Source of the DNA: Candidatus Methanomethylicia archaeon
Lineage (GTDB): Archaea > Thermoproteota > Methanomethylicia > Culexarchaeales > Culexarchaeaceae
Length of the DNA: 64,000 nucleotides
Direction of reading: 5' to 3'
NCBI GenBank assembly: GCA_038727515.1
Contig: JAVYVS010000006.1
Location: 13,088-77,087 of the forward strand
The notes under the pieces were generated by a model. It saw nothing but the letters and a program-made list of their open reading frames with translations. It made no database searches and was not told where the DNA came from. Made by a program: the position numbers and the translations under genes. Position 1 is the stretch's first letter. Each line of letters starts with the position of its first letter. This document shows positions 42,019 to 52,671 of the stretch, one piece after another.

Positions 42019-43311
42019 GTGGCAACAATGAACAAAAAGGAAGTCATAAAAGAAATTTTAAAGGAGTTGCATAGAGGTGTTAGTATAGATGTTTTGAAGG
42101 AAAAGTTTAGTGATGTTTTGAAGAGTATTTCTTCAATGGAAATACCATTAATTGAGCAGGAACTAGTTAAAGAGGGTATCCCAATTCAAGAAATTCTAAA
42201 ATTATGTGATTTACATGTTGCCTTATTTAGAGATTTCTTAGTTTCAAGAGAACTTAGTAATATTCCAAAGGGGCATCCATTAGAATTATTGTTAAAGGAG
42301 AATGAATATTTGCTTAAGGGAGCTGAAGCTTTAAATATTTATGCTATGGCTTTAACTAAAGCTGTTGGTGATGATGAAAGGAAATCTCTATACTCAAGTA
42401 TTAGGGATGTTTTAAATGATTTGAGGAAGATACGTATTCATTATAGGAAGATTCAGATGTTAATATTCCCCTATCTTGAAAGACGTGGTATAACTGCTGT
42501 TCCAAGGGTTCTCTGGGGTCGTGAAGATGAAGTTATCGTTAAAATGAGGAGTTTATTTAGATTAATGGATTCAATGGATTACCAAGAGATTTCTAAGAGG
42601 GCTATTGAATTGGCTAATGCTATTAGTGAAATAATATTTAGGGAAAATAGAATACTATTCCCAGCTGTTTGGTCATTATTTTCTGAAGGTGAATGGGCTG
42701 CATTTATGAATGAAGCTAATAGGATTGGTTGGATTGTGAAATCTGATGTGGAATATATCTCTAGAGAGAAGCCTATTATGCCATATGAAATTAAAGGTGT
42801 AATTACAGAGGAGCAATTGAATAAACTTCCACAGGAAATGAAGATTATGGCTTTAAGTGGTGGTGTACGTCCAGATGAATATGAATTGATTAGAAATGGA
42901 GATTTAGATTTGGATACTGGATTCTTAAATATAAACGAGATTAAAAATATATTTCCAAGTTTACCATTGGAATTAACTTTTGCTGATGTAGATGATAGAG
43001 TTAGATTTTTTGTTGAAAGTAGGTTTCATAAAGGTTTTGTTAGAACAAAAACTATTTTGGGTAGGAGAGTTGAATATTGTCATCCACCGAGACTTGAAGC
43101 TTTTATTAGGAAAGTTTTAGATGAACTTAAGAGTGGAGTTAAAGATCATGAAGTCTTCTGGACTAAGATGGGTGATAGAATTCTTAGAGTAATAGTTATT
43201 GCAGTTAAAGATGTTGATGGAAGGTATCTTGGTGCTTTAGAGATTGTTGAAGATTTAACTGAAGTTGTAGAGAATCCTGAAGAAGTGAAAAAGAAGATAT
43301 TGGTAGTATAG
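42019..43311 (+). CDS. DUF438/hemerythrin/PAS domain protein
   Basis: IEQEL..EG, LCDLH, GHP, HY.K...FPYLE, EN.ILFP and CHPP. Confidence 0.85.
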   Translation: MATMNKKEVIKEILKELHRGVSIDVLKEKFSDVLKSISSMEIPLIEQELVKEGIPIQEILKLCDLHVALFRDFLVSRELSNIPKGHPLELLLKENEYLLKGAEALNIYAMALTKAVGDDERKSLYSSIRDVLNDLRKIRIHYRKIQMLIFPYLERRGITAVPRVLWGREDEVIVKMRSLFRLMDSMDYQEISKRAIELANAISEIIFRENRILFPAVWSLFSEGEWAAFMNEANRIGWIVKSDVEYISREKPIMPYEIKGVITEEQLNKLPQEMKIMALSGGVRPDEYELIRNGDLDLDTGFLNINEIKNIFPSLPLELTFADVDDRVRFFVESRFHKGFVRTKTILGRRVEYCHPPRLEAFIRKVLDELKSGVKDHEVFWTKMGDRILRVIVIAVKDVDGRYLGALEIVEDLTEVVENPEEVKKKILVV

Positions 43312-43313
43312 TT

Positions 43314-43733
43314 ATGAGGAATCCATTGGAAATTGGCTATAGGTATGTAATTCCATCTTTGAAATCTCATTTAGTTAGATTACTCAATAATGAGTATGGT
43401 TTTGATCAAGTGGATATAAGTAGAATGCTTAAAATGTCTAGATCTACAGTTTCAAGGTATATCTCTATGAAGCGTGGTTCAACAATTGATTTAACAATTT
43501 TTGGTGATGTTAATAACATGCTTAAGGATCTTGCTAATAAACTAATACGTGGAGAATTGGATAAATATCTCTTGGAATTTGAATTTATTCGAATTACAAT
43601 GTATATTTTAGGTAATAAGTATCTTTGTGGATTTCATGCGAAATTGGATTTAGATGTAAATCCAAATACATGTATGATATGCCCAAAGATATTTGGAAGT
43701 TTAAAAATTAATTATTCAATTGGTAATATATGA
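43314..43733 (+). CDS. HTH transcriptional regulator with C-terminal Cys/His motif
   Basis: Q.DISRML.MSRSTVSRY...KRG; C.FH...CMIC. Confidence 0.8.
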   Translation: MRNPLEIGYRYVIPSLKSHLVRLLNNEYGFDQVDISRMLKMSRSTVSRYISMKRGSTIDLTIFGDVNNMLKDLANKLIRGELDKYLLEFEFIRITMYILGNKYLCGFHAKLDLDVNPNTCMICPKIFGSLKINYSIGNI

Positions 43734-44021
43734 TTGAGTGATCTATTAATGGAAGACATCTCTCTAAATAATGTTTTGAATAGGGTTATTGAAGAATATA
43801 ATAGGTTTAGAAGTCCTGAAGCTATTGCTTCAATAATTAAATTAGAAGATAATTACTTTATAATATCTTTTAAAGGACACTTCTGTTTTACATGTGGATT
43901 TTATGATTGGTTTGAAGATTTTAGATTGATATTAGAGGATTATGGTTTTAAAACTGAAATTAATGAGATAAATCAAGTGGATTTAGATTGCTTCCATGTA
44001 AAATTTACTTTAAAGTCTTGA
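43734..44021 (+). CDS. conserved hypothetical protein (CxxC)
   Basis: YNRFRSPEA and FKGHFCFTCGFYDWFEDF. Confidence 0.7.
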   Translation: MSDLLMEDISLNNVLNRVIEEYNRFRSPEAIASIIKLEDNYFIISFKGHFCFTCGFYDWFEDFRLILEDYGFKTEINEINQVDLDCFHVKFTLKS

Positions 44022-44280
44022 TTAATTTGCTTCCAGCATTTTGGTGGTTCACCATATCTAACTCTTTCCTTTGAATTCCATTTAAACCTCCATAGACCTC
44101 TACCAACATCCTCCAATGCTAATTTTAATTCTACCAACCCTAGTTTTATGATTTCTAATATAGCCGATGAAATTCCTCATGTATCTCAATAAATTATGAA
44201 ATATTAAGAATATGAATAGTTCAATTTCACATTTTAGAAACCTTTAAAATCTAAATTAAACTACTTTTAAAGGTGTTTAA

Positions 44281-45231
44281 ATGGTTTTGGCGAGGATTAT
44301 TGGCACGAGTAATGCAGGACCCTTCTTAAGTATTGGTATTGAAATTTTGAAGAAGGGTGGATCAGCTATTGATGCTGTGGAAGCTACTGTTAATGCCGTG
44401 GAAGATTATCCCTTTGAGTATACTGTTGGTTATGGCGGTATACCTAATCTTTTAGGTGAAGTTGAACTTGATGCTTCTATTATGGATGGAAAAACCTTAA
44501 GAGCTGGTGCTGTTGCAGGTATAAAACACTTTAAAAATCCAATTTCCATTGCAAGGAAGATTATGGAATTAACACCACACGTTCTATTGATAGGTGAAGG
44601 AGCTGAACTATTCGCTGAAACCATAGGATTTAAGAAATGTGAATTATTAACTGAAAACTCTAGAAAGATCTATAACGCTTTTCTTAAAGATGCAATAGAT
44701 GAACTTGAGGGAATATTTGAAGATGAAGAAACTAAAATCCACTTATATCAGTATGTTAAAGATTTTAAGTTAAGAGATTGGTATGAGAAGTTGCATGTGA
44801 AACATGAAGGTACAACAAATGTTATTGCTATGGATTCTGAAGGAAATATATGTGTTGGTGTTTCCACCAGTGGAACACTATTAAAACTTCCTGGTAGAGT
44901 TGGAGATTCAGCTATTATTGGAGCTGGAAATTATGCCGATAATAATTATGGTGGAGCTGCATGCACTGGAAGAGGAGAATTAACCATAAGATGCTCTACT
45001 GCAAAAAGCATAATATACTATCTTAAAGAAGGTTTAAGTGTGGAAGAAGCATGTATAAAGGCGATAAAAGATATAAATAGATTAAATGAAAAGGGAGGAG
45101 TAAACTGTATAGCTATGGATAAAAATGGAAATACATGGGCTGCATCCAATAGAAGAACGCCAATATACTACTACATGGATATCAACATGGAAAAACCAGA
45201 AAAGAGGGAAGGATCCTTAATAAAACAATAA
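44281..45231 (+). CDS. isoaspartyl peptidase/L-asparaginase (Ntn hydrolase)
   Basis: DAVE, VGYGG.P, ELDASIMDG, G|T nucleophile, STSG, GRVGDS and TGRGE. Confidence 0.92.
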   Translation: MVLARIIGTSNAGPFLSIGIEILKKGGSAIDAVEATVNAVEDYPFEYTVGYGGIPNLLGEVELDASIMDGKTLRAGAVAGIKHFKNPISIARKIMELTPHVLLIGEGAELFAETIGFKKCELLTENSRKIYNAFLKDAIDELEGIFEDEETKIHLYQYVKDFKLRDWYEKLHVKHEGTTNVIAMDSEGNICVGVSTSGTLLKLPGRVGDSAIIGAGNYADNNYGGAACTGRGELTIRCSTAKSIIYYLKEGLSVEEACIKAIKDINRLNEKGGVNCIAMDKNGNTWAASNRRTPIYYYMDINMEKPEKREGSLIKQ

Positions 45232-45326
45232 TACAATACTCTTTTACATATGTTAAAACTTATACATGAAAAGATTTAAATGCAAAACCTACATAAAATA
45301 TATTTTTGGAGGTGGTTTAACCCCCA

Positions 45327-45352
45327 ACCAATTAATTAGTTAATTAATTGGT
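45327..45352. repeat. perfect 12-bp inverted repeat ACCAATTAATTA-GT-TAATTAATTGGT
   Basis: Read directly from the sequence. Confidence 0.85.
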
Positions 45353-45811
45353 ATAAACCCTCATACAATTAAATACAAACATTCCCTTTTAAAACGTATA
45401 AAATCTCTTAAACCTTTCCAAATTTTGGAGGGGGGCAGCGACCCATAAACCATCCCCAATATCCTCATCATTTTTCATCAACAAAAGCTTAACATTAAAC
45501 TAGCAATGTAATAAAATTCAAATCAACCTTTTTGGAGAACCACTATTAACCATTATTAAAGGCTCCCCAGCCATCTACAAATTTGTGTACATTGTAGTCT
45601 TCATTGCTATCAATTGATTTAAGGTCGCCCCAAACCTCCAAACTACACTATTTTTAATATCTTCTCATTTTTTTAACAAACATGATTATTTAAGAAATAA
45701 TCTCCATAATTGTATAAATTAAATATAAAATGAGGAAAACTTAAAATCCTACAATAGATTTCCATTAAATGTGGCAATTACAATAGTTGCAATAAAGTTA
45801 TAAGTATAATT

Positions 45812-47062
45812 ATGATTAGTATAATTGTGATTAGTATAATTAGATTTAGTGATCTTGATAGATGGAGAAATGTAGGTAGATGGGTTCTTGTTTATGGTAG
45901 GAGAAAGACTGGGAAGAGTTATTTCATTAGGAATAATGTGAAATGGGATCAGTATTATTTTGTTGGAAGGAGTGGCGATATATTTATTGATGATGAGAAA
46001 ATAAATTATGAAACCTTTAGAAGAGAAGTTCTTCAAAGGTTAGAAAGTGGGGAAATTGTAGTTATTGATGAAGTGCAAAGACTTCCAAGGGAGTTTTTCG
46101 ATTTACTCCATAAAGTTGGAGTGAAGGGTAATTTAATAGTAATTTCATCAACCCTCTGGCTTACAAAAGAATTATTAGAAAGTAGATCACCATTACTAGG
46201 TTTATTCTCGGAATTTCAAATGAATCTAATAGATGAAAGAGACATAATATTAAACCTATACAATTATGTTAAAGATCCAAGGGAACTCATAGAATATGCG
46301 GTATTCCTTAGAGAACCATGGCTGATCCCAATATGGGAACAAGCAGAAGATATATTCAATGTAATACCATTCAATGTAAAGATTACAATACCAGCTCTCA
46401 TTGGAGAAATATTCATAGAAGAAGAAAGAGAATATTCTCGCATTTATGATGCAATACTAAAAGCTGTAGCCAATGGAAAACAAATATCAACGGAAATAGC
46501 ATCCCACTTATACTCACTTAAACTCATACCAAAGGATGATCCAAGCATGATACAACCATTCCTAAAAATACTACAAAGCATAGGTTTAATAGAAAAGATA
46601 AAAATCTATGATAAAAACAAATACTACTATAGACATTCATCCCCAATAATAGACTACTACTATTACCTAGATGCAAAATATGGAATAAGTGAAAGAGAAA
46701 TCCAAACAATACAAGCAAGAAAAACATTAGAAACAAAACTACCAAAATACATTGAACAATTCATAATGAACTTAACATCAAAAACCCTAGGACTATGGCC
46801 AGAAAAGATAGTAAACAAAAACTATGAAATAGATATAGCACTACTAGACTACAAAAAACTAAAAGTAATAATAGAAGTTAAATGGAAAAAGGAAATAACC
46901 AATGAAACCATTAGAGAAGTAGAAGAGAAAATGGAGAAATACAATTGCAGAAAAATACTCATAGTACCAAATGAAGAAGAAATCCCACAACAACCAAAGA
47001 AAATAGAAGTATGGGACGCAAAGAAAATACTAGAAATCATACAATCCAAACAGAAAACATAA
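45812..47062 (+). CDS. archaeal AAA ATPase with C-terminal PD-(D/E)XK (DUF234-like) domain
   Basis: YGRRKTGKS, VIDEVQRL and EIDI...EVKW. A 15-bp tandem duplication at the start means the true start may be 45827. Confidence 0.85.
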   Translation: MISIIVISIIRFSDLDRWRNVGRWVLVYGRRKTGKSYFIRNNVKWDQYYFVGRSGDIFIDDEKINYETFRREVLQRLESGEIVVIDEVQRLPREFFDLLHKVGVKGNLIVISSTLWLTKELLESRSPLLGLFSEFQMNLIDERDIILNLYNYVKDPRELIEYAVFLREPWLIPIWEQAEDIFNVIPFNVKITIPALIGEIFIEEEREYSRIYDAILKAVANGKQISTEIASHLYSLKLIPKDDPSMIQPFLKILQSIGLIEKIKIYDKNKYYYRHSSPIIDYYYYLDAKYGISEREIQTIQARKTLETKLPKYIEQFIMNLTSKTLGLWPEKIVNKNYEIDIALLDYKKLKVIIEVKWKKEITNETIREVEEKMEKYNCRKILIVPNEEEIPQQPKKIEVWDAKKILEIIQSKQKT

Positions 47063-47284
47063 CTCTAATGACAATATCTATAACCACCTCTTTCACCTAA
47101 ACTTTCCCATTAAATTTAATAAACATAACATTTACACTTGTTTTTGATGTACAATTTTACAATTTTCTCTATAGTCTTTATAAAAGTATCCTTCATTTCC
47201 ATTTGATCATTAAAATTCAACATACCAAATATCATTTTTCAACATTATCATTTAAATCTTTTAACATTTTAACAATGTAGGTTA

Positions 47285-47688
47285 TCATGGTATTCTTATC
47301 ACTTCCACTGGAACTTCAATAACATTCTCTATCCTCGCATCAGTTGTTACAATTATCCCTTTCAACATAATAGCCAATGCTACTAAATATGAATCTGCCA
47401 ATGACAATCTATCATAATACTTAAGTTTTATTCTAGCAGCTTCAATAGTCTGCTTCTCATCCGGAGAAACAACAATTATCGGACTATTCCTAATTAACTT
47501 ATTCCTAACTAAAGTTGACTCCCAACCAAATACTCTCGCATAATTATATAGAAATTCAGCTAAATTAATCTCACTAATATAAGCTTCAGAAACCTTCTCA
47601 TAGACCTCATCCATATACCTTTTAGACTCTAAAACTCCTGCAAAAATGCAGAAAGAAAACCAGCGTCAAGAATGTACTTCCTTCTCAA
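47285..47688 (-). pseudogene. vapC: VapC/PIN toxin, frameshifted
   Basis: TTG 47688 gives RKYILDAGFLS; frame shifts around the T5 run (47642-47646); continues to INLAE...LSLADSY...TTD. Confidence 0.8.
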
Positions 47689-47911
47689 CTTCTCCCACCC
47701 TAGACTTCACTATCAACCTAGCTACTTCAAGAGCCTTTAAACCATCAACACCAAAAAGACTCCTAAAATCTTCAGGAACCTTAATCCTAACACCCTCATC
47801 ATCAACAAAAAGCTCAACAACAGACCCCTCAGCAATACCCAACTTCCTCCTAACTTCAGCTGGAATGACAATAATACCTTTCCTATGCACTTTAACCCTA
47901 TAAACTTCCAT
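47666..47911 (-). CDS. AbrB/MazE/SpoVT family antitoxin
   Basis: KG.IVIPAEVRRKLGI.EG; overlaps the vapC start. Confidence 0.9.
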   Translation of the reverse strand: MEVYRVKVHRKGIIVIPAEVRRKLGIAEGSVVELFVDDEGVRIKVPEDFRSLFGVDGLKALEVARLIVKSRVGEVEKEVHS

Positions 47912-48278
47912 AAAAATCAACTAGATATAGTTAAACCATGAATATAAAGTTTAACGTTTAATCACATGGATACTTCATTTAAACTTTTGTTTTACATAAT
48001 CTTTATAATCGTATAAAACCTAAATTACTGCATAAAATAGTAATAGAGGAATATTAAATAAGTATTCTAATAAAAATTGACAGAAAGTTTATTTGCATCA
48101 CGTTCATTTAATAGTGAAAATGTATTTTAACAAGACATTAAATCTAAATTATTAATGTAAAATATATAATCCATTCAAAGCAGTAACAAAATTACATAGG
48201 AGGATATAGCCTCAACCATGAATAAGATTAAGAAATTTATTCGATCAATGTTATTTATTGTTTGGTAAATAATGTTAT

Positions 48279-49352
48279 TTATTGTGGTTTGAGTTGTTGG
48301 GCTATCTCCTTTAATTTGTCTTCAATTATTCTGCCATTTTCCATTATTAGGTTATCATCGAGCCATATTGATGAGTTTAATGTTATTCCATCTGTATGTG
48401 TCGGTGCTGGTATTGGTTCACTGCCAGTCAATCCTGAGCCTACATAGCCGATGCCCCATTCAGTGGCGCCCCATATTCTTTCAGCTTCAACTATATTTCC
48501 CGTTAATTTAGCTCCTGGATTTACTCCCATGGCTACATGTGCTAATCTAAACATTTGTGGGTGATTGAAACTTTTCAACCAGTTTTCGAAGGCTGTGGCT
48601 TCTCTTCCACCTTCTATCCTCTTTATTTCACCTTTTTCAATGTAGAGTTTTATGGGTTCTTTAAGTGGTTCTGTGAATGGTGGGTTTATTATGCCATCAA
48701 ACACTATTACGCCATTTATGGATTCAAAGGTGGGCGCCCAACTTATTTGTCCAGGTACCATGTGTGATCCCGGTATGGATGCATCACCTTTATGATTTCT
48801 TATTGGATGTTTTGGATTCATTTCAAATTTTACATCAGTTCCAGCTGGACTTGTTATCCTCACATTTCTCGTCTTCTTTAACATTTCAACAAGTGTATCC
48901 TGAAGTTTTTGGAGGAGGGGGATATTAACCTGCCCTATGAGTCTAACCAGCTGGTCAACGCCCATACCAGCTAAACACATGTATCTAAGCTTCTTATTCT
49001 CTTTAAAGGCATTTTCAAATACTGTAGAGTAGAGGAGCCATTGATAATTGAATTCTATCCAAACATCAACTTTTGATAGTAATGCACTTAAAGCTTCAAC
49101 AGGTATCACTAGATCTGTTTGTTTACCTACACCATAAGGTGAAGCAAGCATCCAAATTGCAATAACTTTAGCATTAGCATTTTGAGCTGCACTAGCCACA
49201 GCATCTACAACTCTTTCATCAGACATGGTATCAGCAGTTACTGCAACAACTTCATTGGGTTTAACCTTAAAAACATCGTTTACTAATATGTGAGCTGCAT
49301 GATATAACTCCCACTCATAAAATTTAGTCATAACTTCACCATTTTCTCTCAC
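48279..49352 (-). CDS. M29/aminopeptidase T-like metalloprotein (leucyl aminopeptidase/NicX-like)
   Basis: TSPAGTD, NGVIVFDG, G.NPGA, EAER and HTD. Confidence 0.75.
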   Translation of the reverse strand: MRENGEVMTKFYEWELYHAAHILVNDVFKVKPNEVVAVTADTMSDERVVDAVASAAQNANAKVIAIWMLASPYGVGKQTDLVIPVEALSALLSKVDVWIEFNYQWLLYSTVFENAFKENKKLRYMCLAGMGVDQLVRLIGQVNIPLLQKLQDTLVEMLKKTRNVRITSPAGTDVKFEMNPKHPIRNHKGDASIPGSHMVPGQISWAPTFESINGVIVFDGIINPPFTEPLKEPIKLYIEKGEIKRIEGGREATAFENWLKSFNHPQMFRLAHVAMGVNPGAKLTGNIVEAERIWGATEWGIGYVGSGLTGSEPIPAPTHTDGITLNSSIWLDDNLIMENGRIIEDKLKEIAQQLKPQ

Positions 49353-49435
49353 CTATACTTAGTATGCATATAAACATTTTGGATTATAAATTAGCTGCTT
49401 AATACTTAAAAAAGGTTATAGCCATAAATTATAGG

Positions 49436-50113
49436 TTGGGTGTATTACCATTGGTTCACTTAATAGGACTTATTAGGGTAGTAACTTTAACAGATGAGTA
49501 CATGTTGAATCTTCACGGTAAAATAATTGAAAAAGCTTTTCCAGAATTGAAGGTTATTAGTAAATGTATTGAAGGACATCCTAAAGGCCTATACGATAGA
49601 GAATCTGTAGAAAAGGCAAAACCAAAAATACTCAGATTAGCACAAGAATTTGAGAAGCAAGATGTTGAAGCTATTATCATTAGTTGTGTTGCAGATCCCG
49701 CAGTAAATGAAGCTAGAAGAGAATTGAAAATACCTATAATAGGTGCAGGTTCTGCTGCAGCATCCATAGCCCTTGCCCTCGGAGAGAGAATTGGTATATT
49801 GAATCTTACTGATGAAACACCTGAAGTTATTAGAAAGATACTTAAAGATCATCTTGTTAAAGAAGTTGCACCAAAAGATGTAAAGAATACTTTAGATCTA
49901 TTAACAGATTGGGGTAGAAAAGCTGCAATAGAAGCCCTTAAATTACTCATTGAAGATAAAGTTGACACCATTATACTGGGTTGTACGGGTTACTCCACCA
50001 TAGGCTTTGCCAAAATAGCTAAAGAATTAACCAATATACCCATCATAGATCCCATAATAGCTGCAGGAACTATAACACTCAACACCCTTAAACAGAAAGA
50101 ATTTTTCTTTTGA
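49436..50113 (+). CDS. Asp/Glu/hydantoin racemase family protein
   Basis: ISCVADP, IPIIGAG, LGCTG and IDP. Confidence 0.87.
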   Translation: MGVLPLVHLIGLIRVVTLTDEYMLNLHGKIIEKAFPELKVISKCIEGHPKGLYDRESVEKAKPKILRLAQEFEKQDVEAIIISCVADPAVNEARRELKIPIIGAGSAAASIALALGERIGILNLTDETPEVIRKILKDHLVKEVAPKDVKNTLDLLTDWGRKAAIEALKLLIEDKVDTIILGCTGYSTIGFAKIAKELTNIPIIDPIIAAGTITLNTLKQKEFFF

Positions 50114-50254
50114 ACTCAAACATACACTCATTTTAATTAGGATTTCTTTGTTAAACCATAATGAAGCAAAATTTTACCTACAATACTAAAGCAAAGCTTT
50201 TCTATATTATAGGTTTAATTAGAATAAGTCTTCTGCAACCATAGTATGATGTAG

Positions 50255-51313
50255 TTATGGGAATATTGTTTTGATTACTCTTTGAAATTCTTTGATGACA
50301 TCTTTATTGTTTGGCGTTAAATCGTCTATTATTTGTATTCCAAGAGTTTTTAATTGTTGTTTTACATTGTTTGGTATTGATTTTGTAGATGTTAGAATCA
50401 TGTGGTCAGGCTTATAATTTCGTAAGTATTGGATCACTTGTTTTTCTAAATCCGTTTGCCATTTATCGAATTCTTCATTTTTACATTCAATAATCAAATC
50501 TATTTTCTCAAGTTTGTTTGCATATGGATGTTTACCTTTACAAATAACGATATCAGGTCTAATGGCAGCTTTACCCTTTTCTGGTTTTCTAGTTAGAATA
50601 TGTTCCATTGAATTACGTTGGAACTCAAACCATATTGAGAAGCATTCATTCCCCCTTTTAGCAAAGATTGGATTAACTGGACCCTGTCTAATAAGAACAC
50701 GTGATTCTCCGATAGTATCTCTAATAGATTCTATATTTAAAGCATTGTAAGTTAACATCATAACCCACATTTGATTTATCCACTTCATAGCTACACTCAA
50801 ACTTTTTAACCTTGCTATATCATTTTGGAGACTTAAAGATGCAAAAAGACCTAATTCAGGATTTTTAAACACCCTATTGATATTAGAGGCGGATTTTAGA
50901 AAATCTATCTTAAAACCGAGTCTACTAGCATATTCTTTAACTTCACTTATCATAATCACGTAATCCCTTTTAAACTCTAAAATTCTCCTTCTCAATAACG
51001 GATCTACAACTTCTATTTCTAATTGAAAGAGTTCTTCATTTTTAACAATTCTTTTACTACCCCAGTCCAGAAATTTATCACCTTCAAAAGCATATACAAT
51101 TAACCTTCCAGAATTAGTAAAGTAAAATAGATAAATCGTTTTACCTTTAACACTATCTCTCGTAACCTCATATTTAATAAAACCGTTCTCCTTTATTTCT
51201 CTTAAAGAATATTCATTTATACGTCGAAGAATATTTCCTTCACGAACATAATAAAACGTACTTCCTTTAGCTTTACGATGTTCTTCCCATACCACTATGA
51301 TATCATTTATCAA
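50255..51313 (-). CDS. hypothetical protein with C-terminal PD-(D/E)XK nuclease motif
   Basis: RPDIVI...LIIECK...QV..Y. Confidence 0.65.
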   Translation of the reverse strand: MINDIIVVWEEHRKAKGSTFYYVREGNILRRINEYSLREIKENGFIKYEVTRDSVKGKTIYLFYFTNSGRLIVYAFEGDKFLDWGSKRIVKNEELFQLEIEVVDPLLRRRILEFKRDYVIMISEVKEYASRLGFKIDFLKSASNINRVFKNPELGLFASLSLQNDIARLKSLSVAMKWINQMWVMMLTYNALNIESIRDTIGESRVLIRQGPVNPIFAKRGNECFSIWFEFQRNSMEHILTRKPEKGKAAIRPDIVICKGKHPYANKLEKIDLIIECKNEEFDKWQTDLEKQVIQYLRNYKPDHMILTSTKSIPNNVKQQLKTLGIQIIDDLTPNNKDVIKEFQRVIKTIFP

Positions 51314-51396
51314 GATTTTAGCATCCCACTAAATCATCATTTATATTTATAATTATGATTTGTGGTTATATTAGATAGAAAAATGGAAAAAGGATT

Positions 51397-52602
51397 TTAC
51401 ATTTTTACTGTTAAGTCTTCTATGTTTTTGCTGTATTTGGTTACTGGTTCTGGTTTCTGTTTTCCTATGATTACTGTGTCTGAGTGTCTGAATCCTCCGA
51501 AACCGTAAATGTATATTCCAGGTTCAACTGAAGTTACCATTCCATATTTCATTATTCTATAGTTGAAAGCTGTATCATGCCAATATTCATGTCCAGCTAA
51601 GCCCATTCCATGTCCAGTTCTATGCATAATGTATTCTCCAAATCCTGCTTCTTCAATAATTTTTTGTGCTGTTGAATCTATATCGCATACTCTTCTTCCT
51701 TCAATGCATACTTCTAGAGCTGCGATTTGAGCTTTTGTCGCTATTTCGAAATACTTTAACTGTTTTTCAGAGGGTTTACCTACGAAAAATGTACGTTCAT
51801 TTTCCACGTGATACCTATTTAAAACTACTCCTATACCATTTACAATTACATCTCCAATTTGAATCTTCCTACCAGAATATCCTCCAGGCCCATGGGGCAT
51901 AGCGCTAAATGGACCGTCACCAGTACCTCCAGCAAAAATTTGAATTTCATAATCAGGGTATTTTTCAGTGGCAATTCTAGTTAATTCTAAAGTTGTTTCA
52001 GCTCCAATTTCAAGTAGGGTTTTTCCTGGTTTAATGTTTTCTTTAAAGATTTCTTGTCCAATATCACTTAATTCACCTGCACGTCTCATTAAATTCAATT
52101 CTTCTTCACATTTAACAAGACGCATATCCCTTAAAAGTCTATGAGCATCCACTATGCTTACCTCTGTTAAATATCCTCTAATTCTTTCTTGCAACATATG
52201 AGGATTATCACAAGCAATTTTACCACGATCTAAACCCTTCTCTTCTAGAAGTCCAGAGAAATATTTACCCCACTCCACTACTGTTGGTAGCCTATTCATT
52301 TGTCTTGGATGTTCAACATAGAAATATGCTTCTTTAATTATTCCTCTACCCTGCTCCAAGTGGAATTTGAAGCTATTAGTTGAAAGTTCATTTAGAAATA
52401 GGAATGGTTCACCATCTAGAGGTATAACAGCGGCTACAGGTCTTTCCCATGGAGCAACATCCAAAAAGAAACCAGAAATATAGGTAATGTTAAGTGAATC
52501 TAAAACTACTAAAGCCTTTAAATCACGTTTAGAAAGATACTCCTTTATCCTATCATGTCTATTCTTCAATACACTATAACTCCAACCATCAGTATAACCC
52601 AT
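51397..52602 (-). CDS. Xaa-Pro peptidase (M24B) family protein
   Basis: R.VK..EE, PHG, ERT, HRTGHGMGL..HE, SVEPGIY and FRHSDT. Confidence 0.88.
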   Translation of the reverse strand: MGYTDGWSYSVLKNRHDRIKEYLSKRDLKALVVLDSLNITYISGFFLDVAPWERPVAAVIPLDGEPFLFLNELSTNSFKFHLEQGRGIIKEAYFYVEHPRQMNRLPTVVEWGKYFSGLLEEKGLDRGKIACDNPHMLQERIRGYLTEVSIVDAHRLLRDMRLVKCEEELNLMRRAGELSDIGQEIFKENIKPGKTLLEIGAETTLELTRIATEKYPDYEIQIFAGGTGDGPFSAMPHGPGGYSGRKIQIGDVIVNGIGVVLNRYHVENERTFFVGKPSEKQLKYFEIATKAQIAALEVCIEGRRVCDIDSTAQKIIEEAGFGEYIMHRTGHGMGLAGHEYWHDTAFNYRIMKYGMVTSVEPGIYIYGFGGFRHSDTVIIGKQKPEPVTKYSKNIEDLTVKM

Positions 52603-52671
52603 GAAAACTCACCAAATAAACCTAGGAGATAAATAAATTTAAGAATTACTAAAAGAGGTAAATTAATAGTT

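Noticed and set aside
44022-44180. Short minus-strand coding-like fragment (LEDVGRGLWRFKW...)
   Set aside because: No recognisable family, short, and overlapping the convergent gene; cannot be supported.
45410-45440. Possible ORB/replication origin element
   Set aside because: Only a loose match, a single copy, and no cdc6/orc1 gene nearby.
45801-45841. 15-bp tandem repeat (AGTATAATT x3) at the ATPase start
   Set aside because: Simple slippage duplication of the start region; too short for an array.
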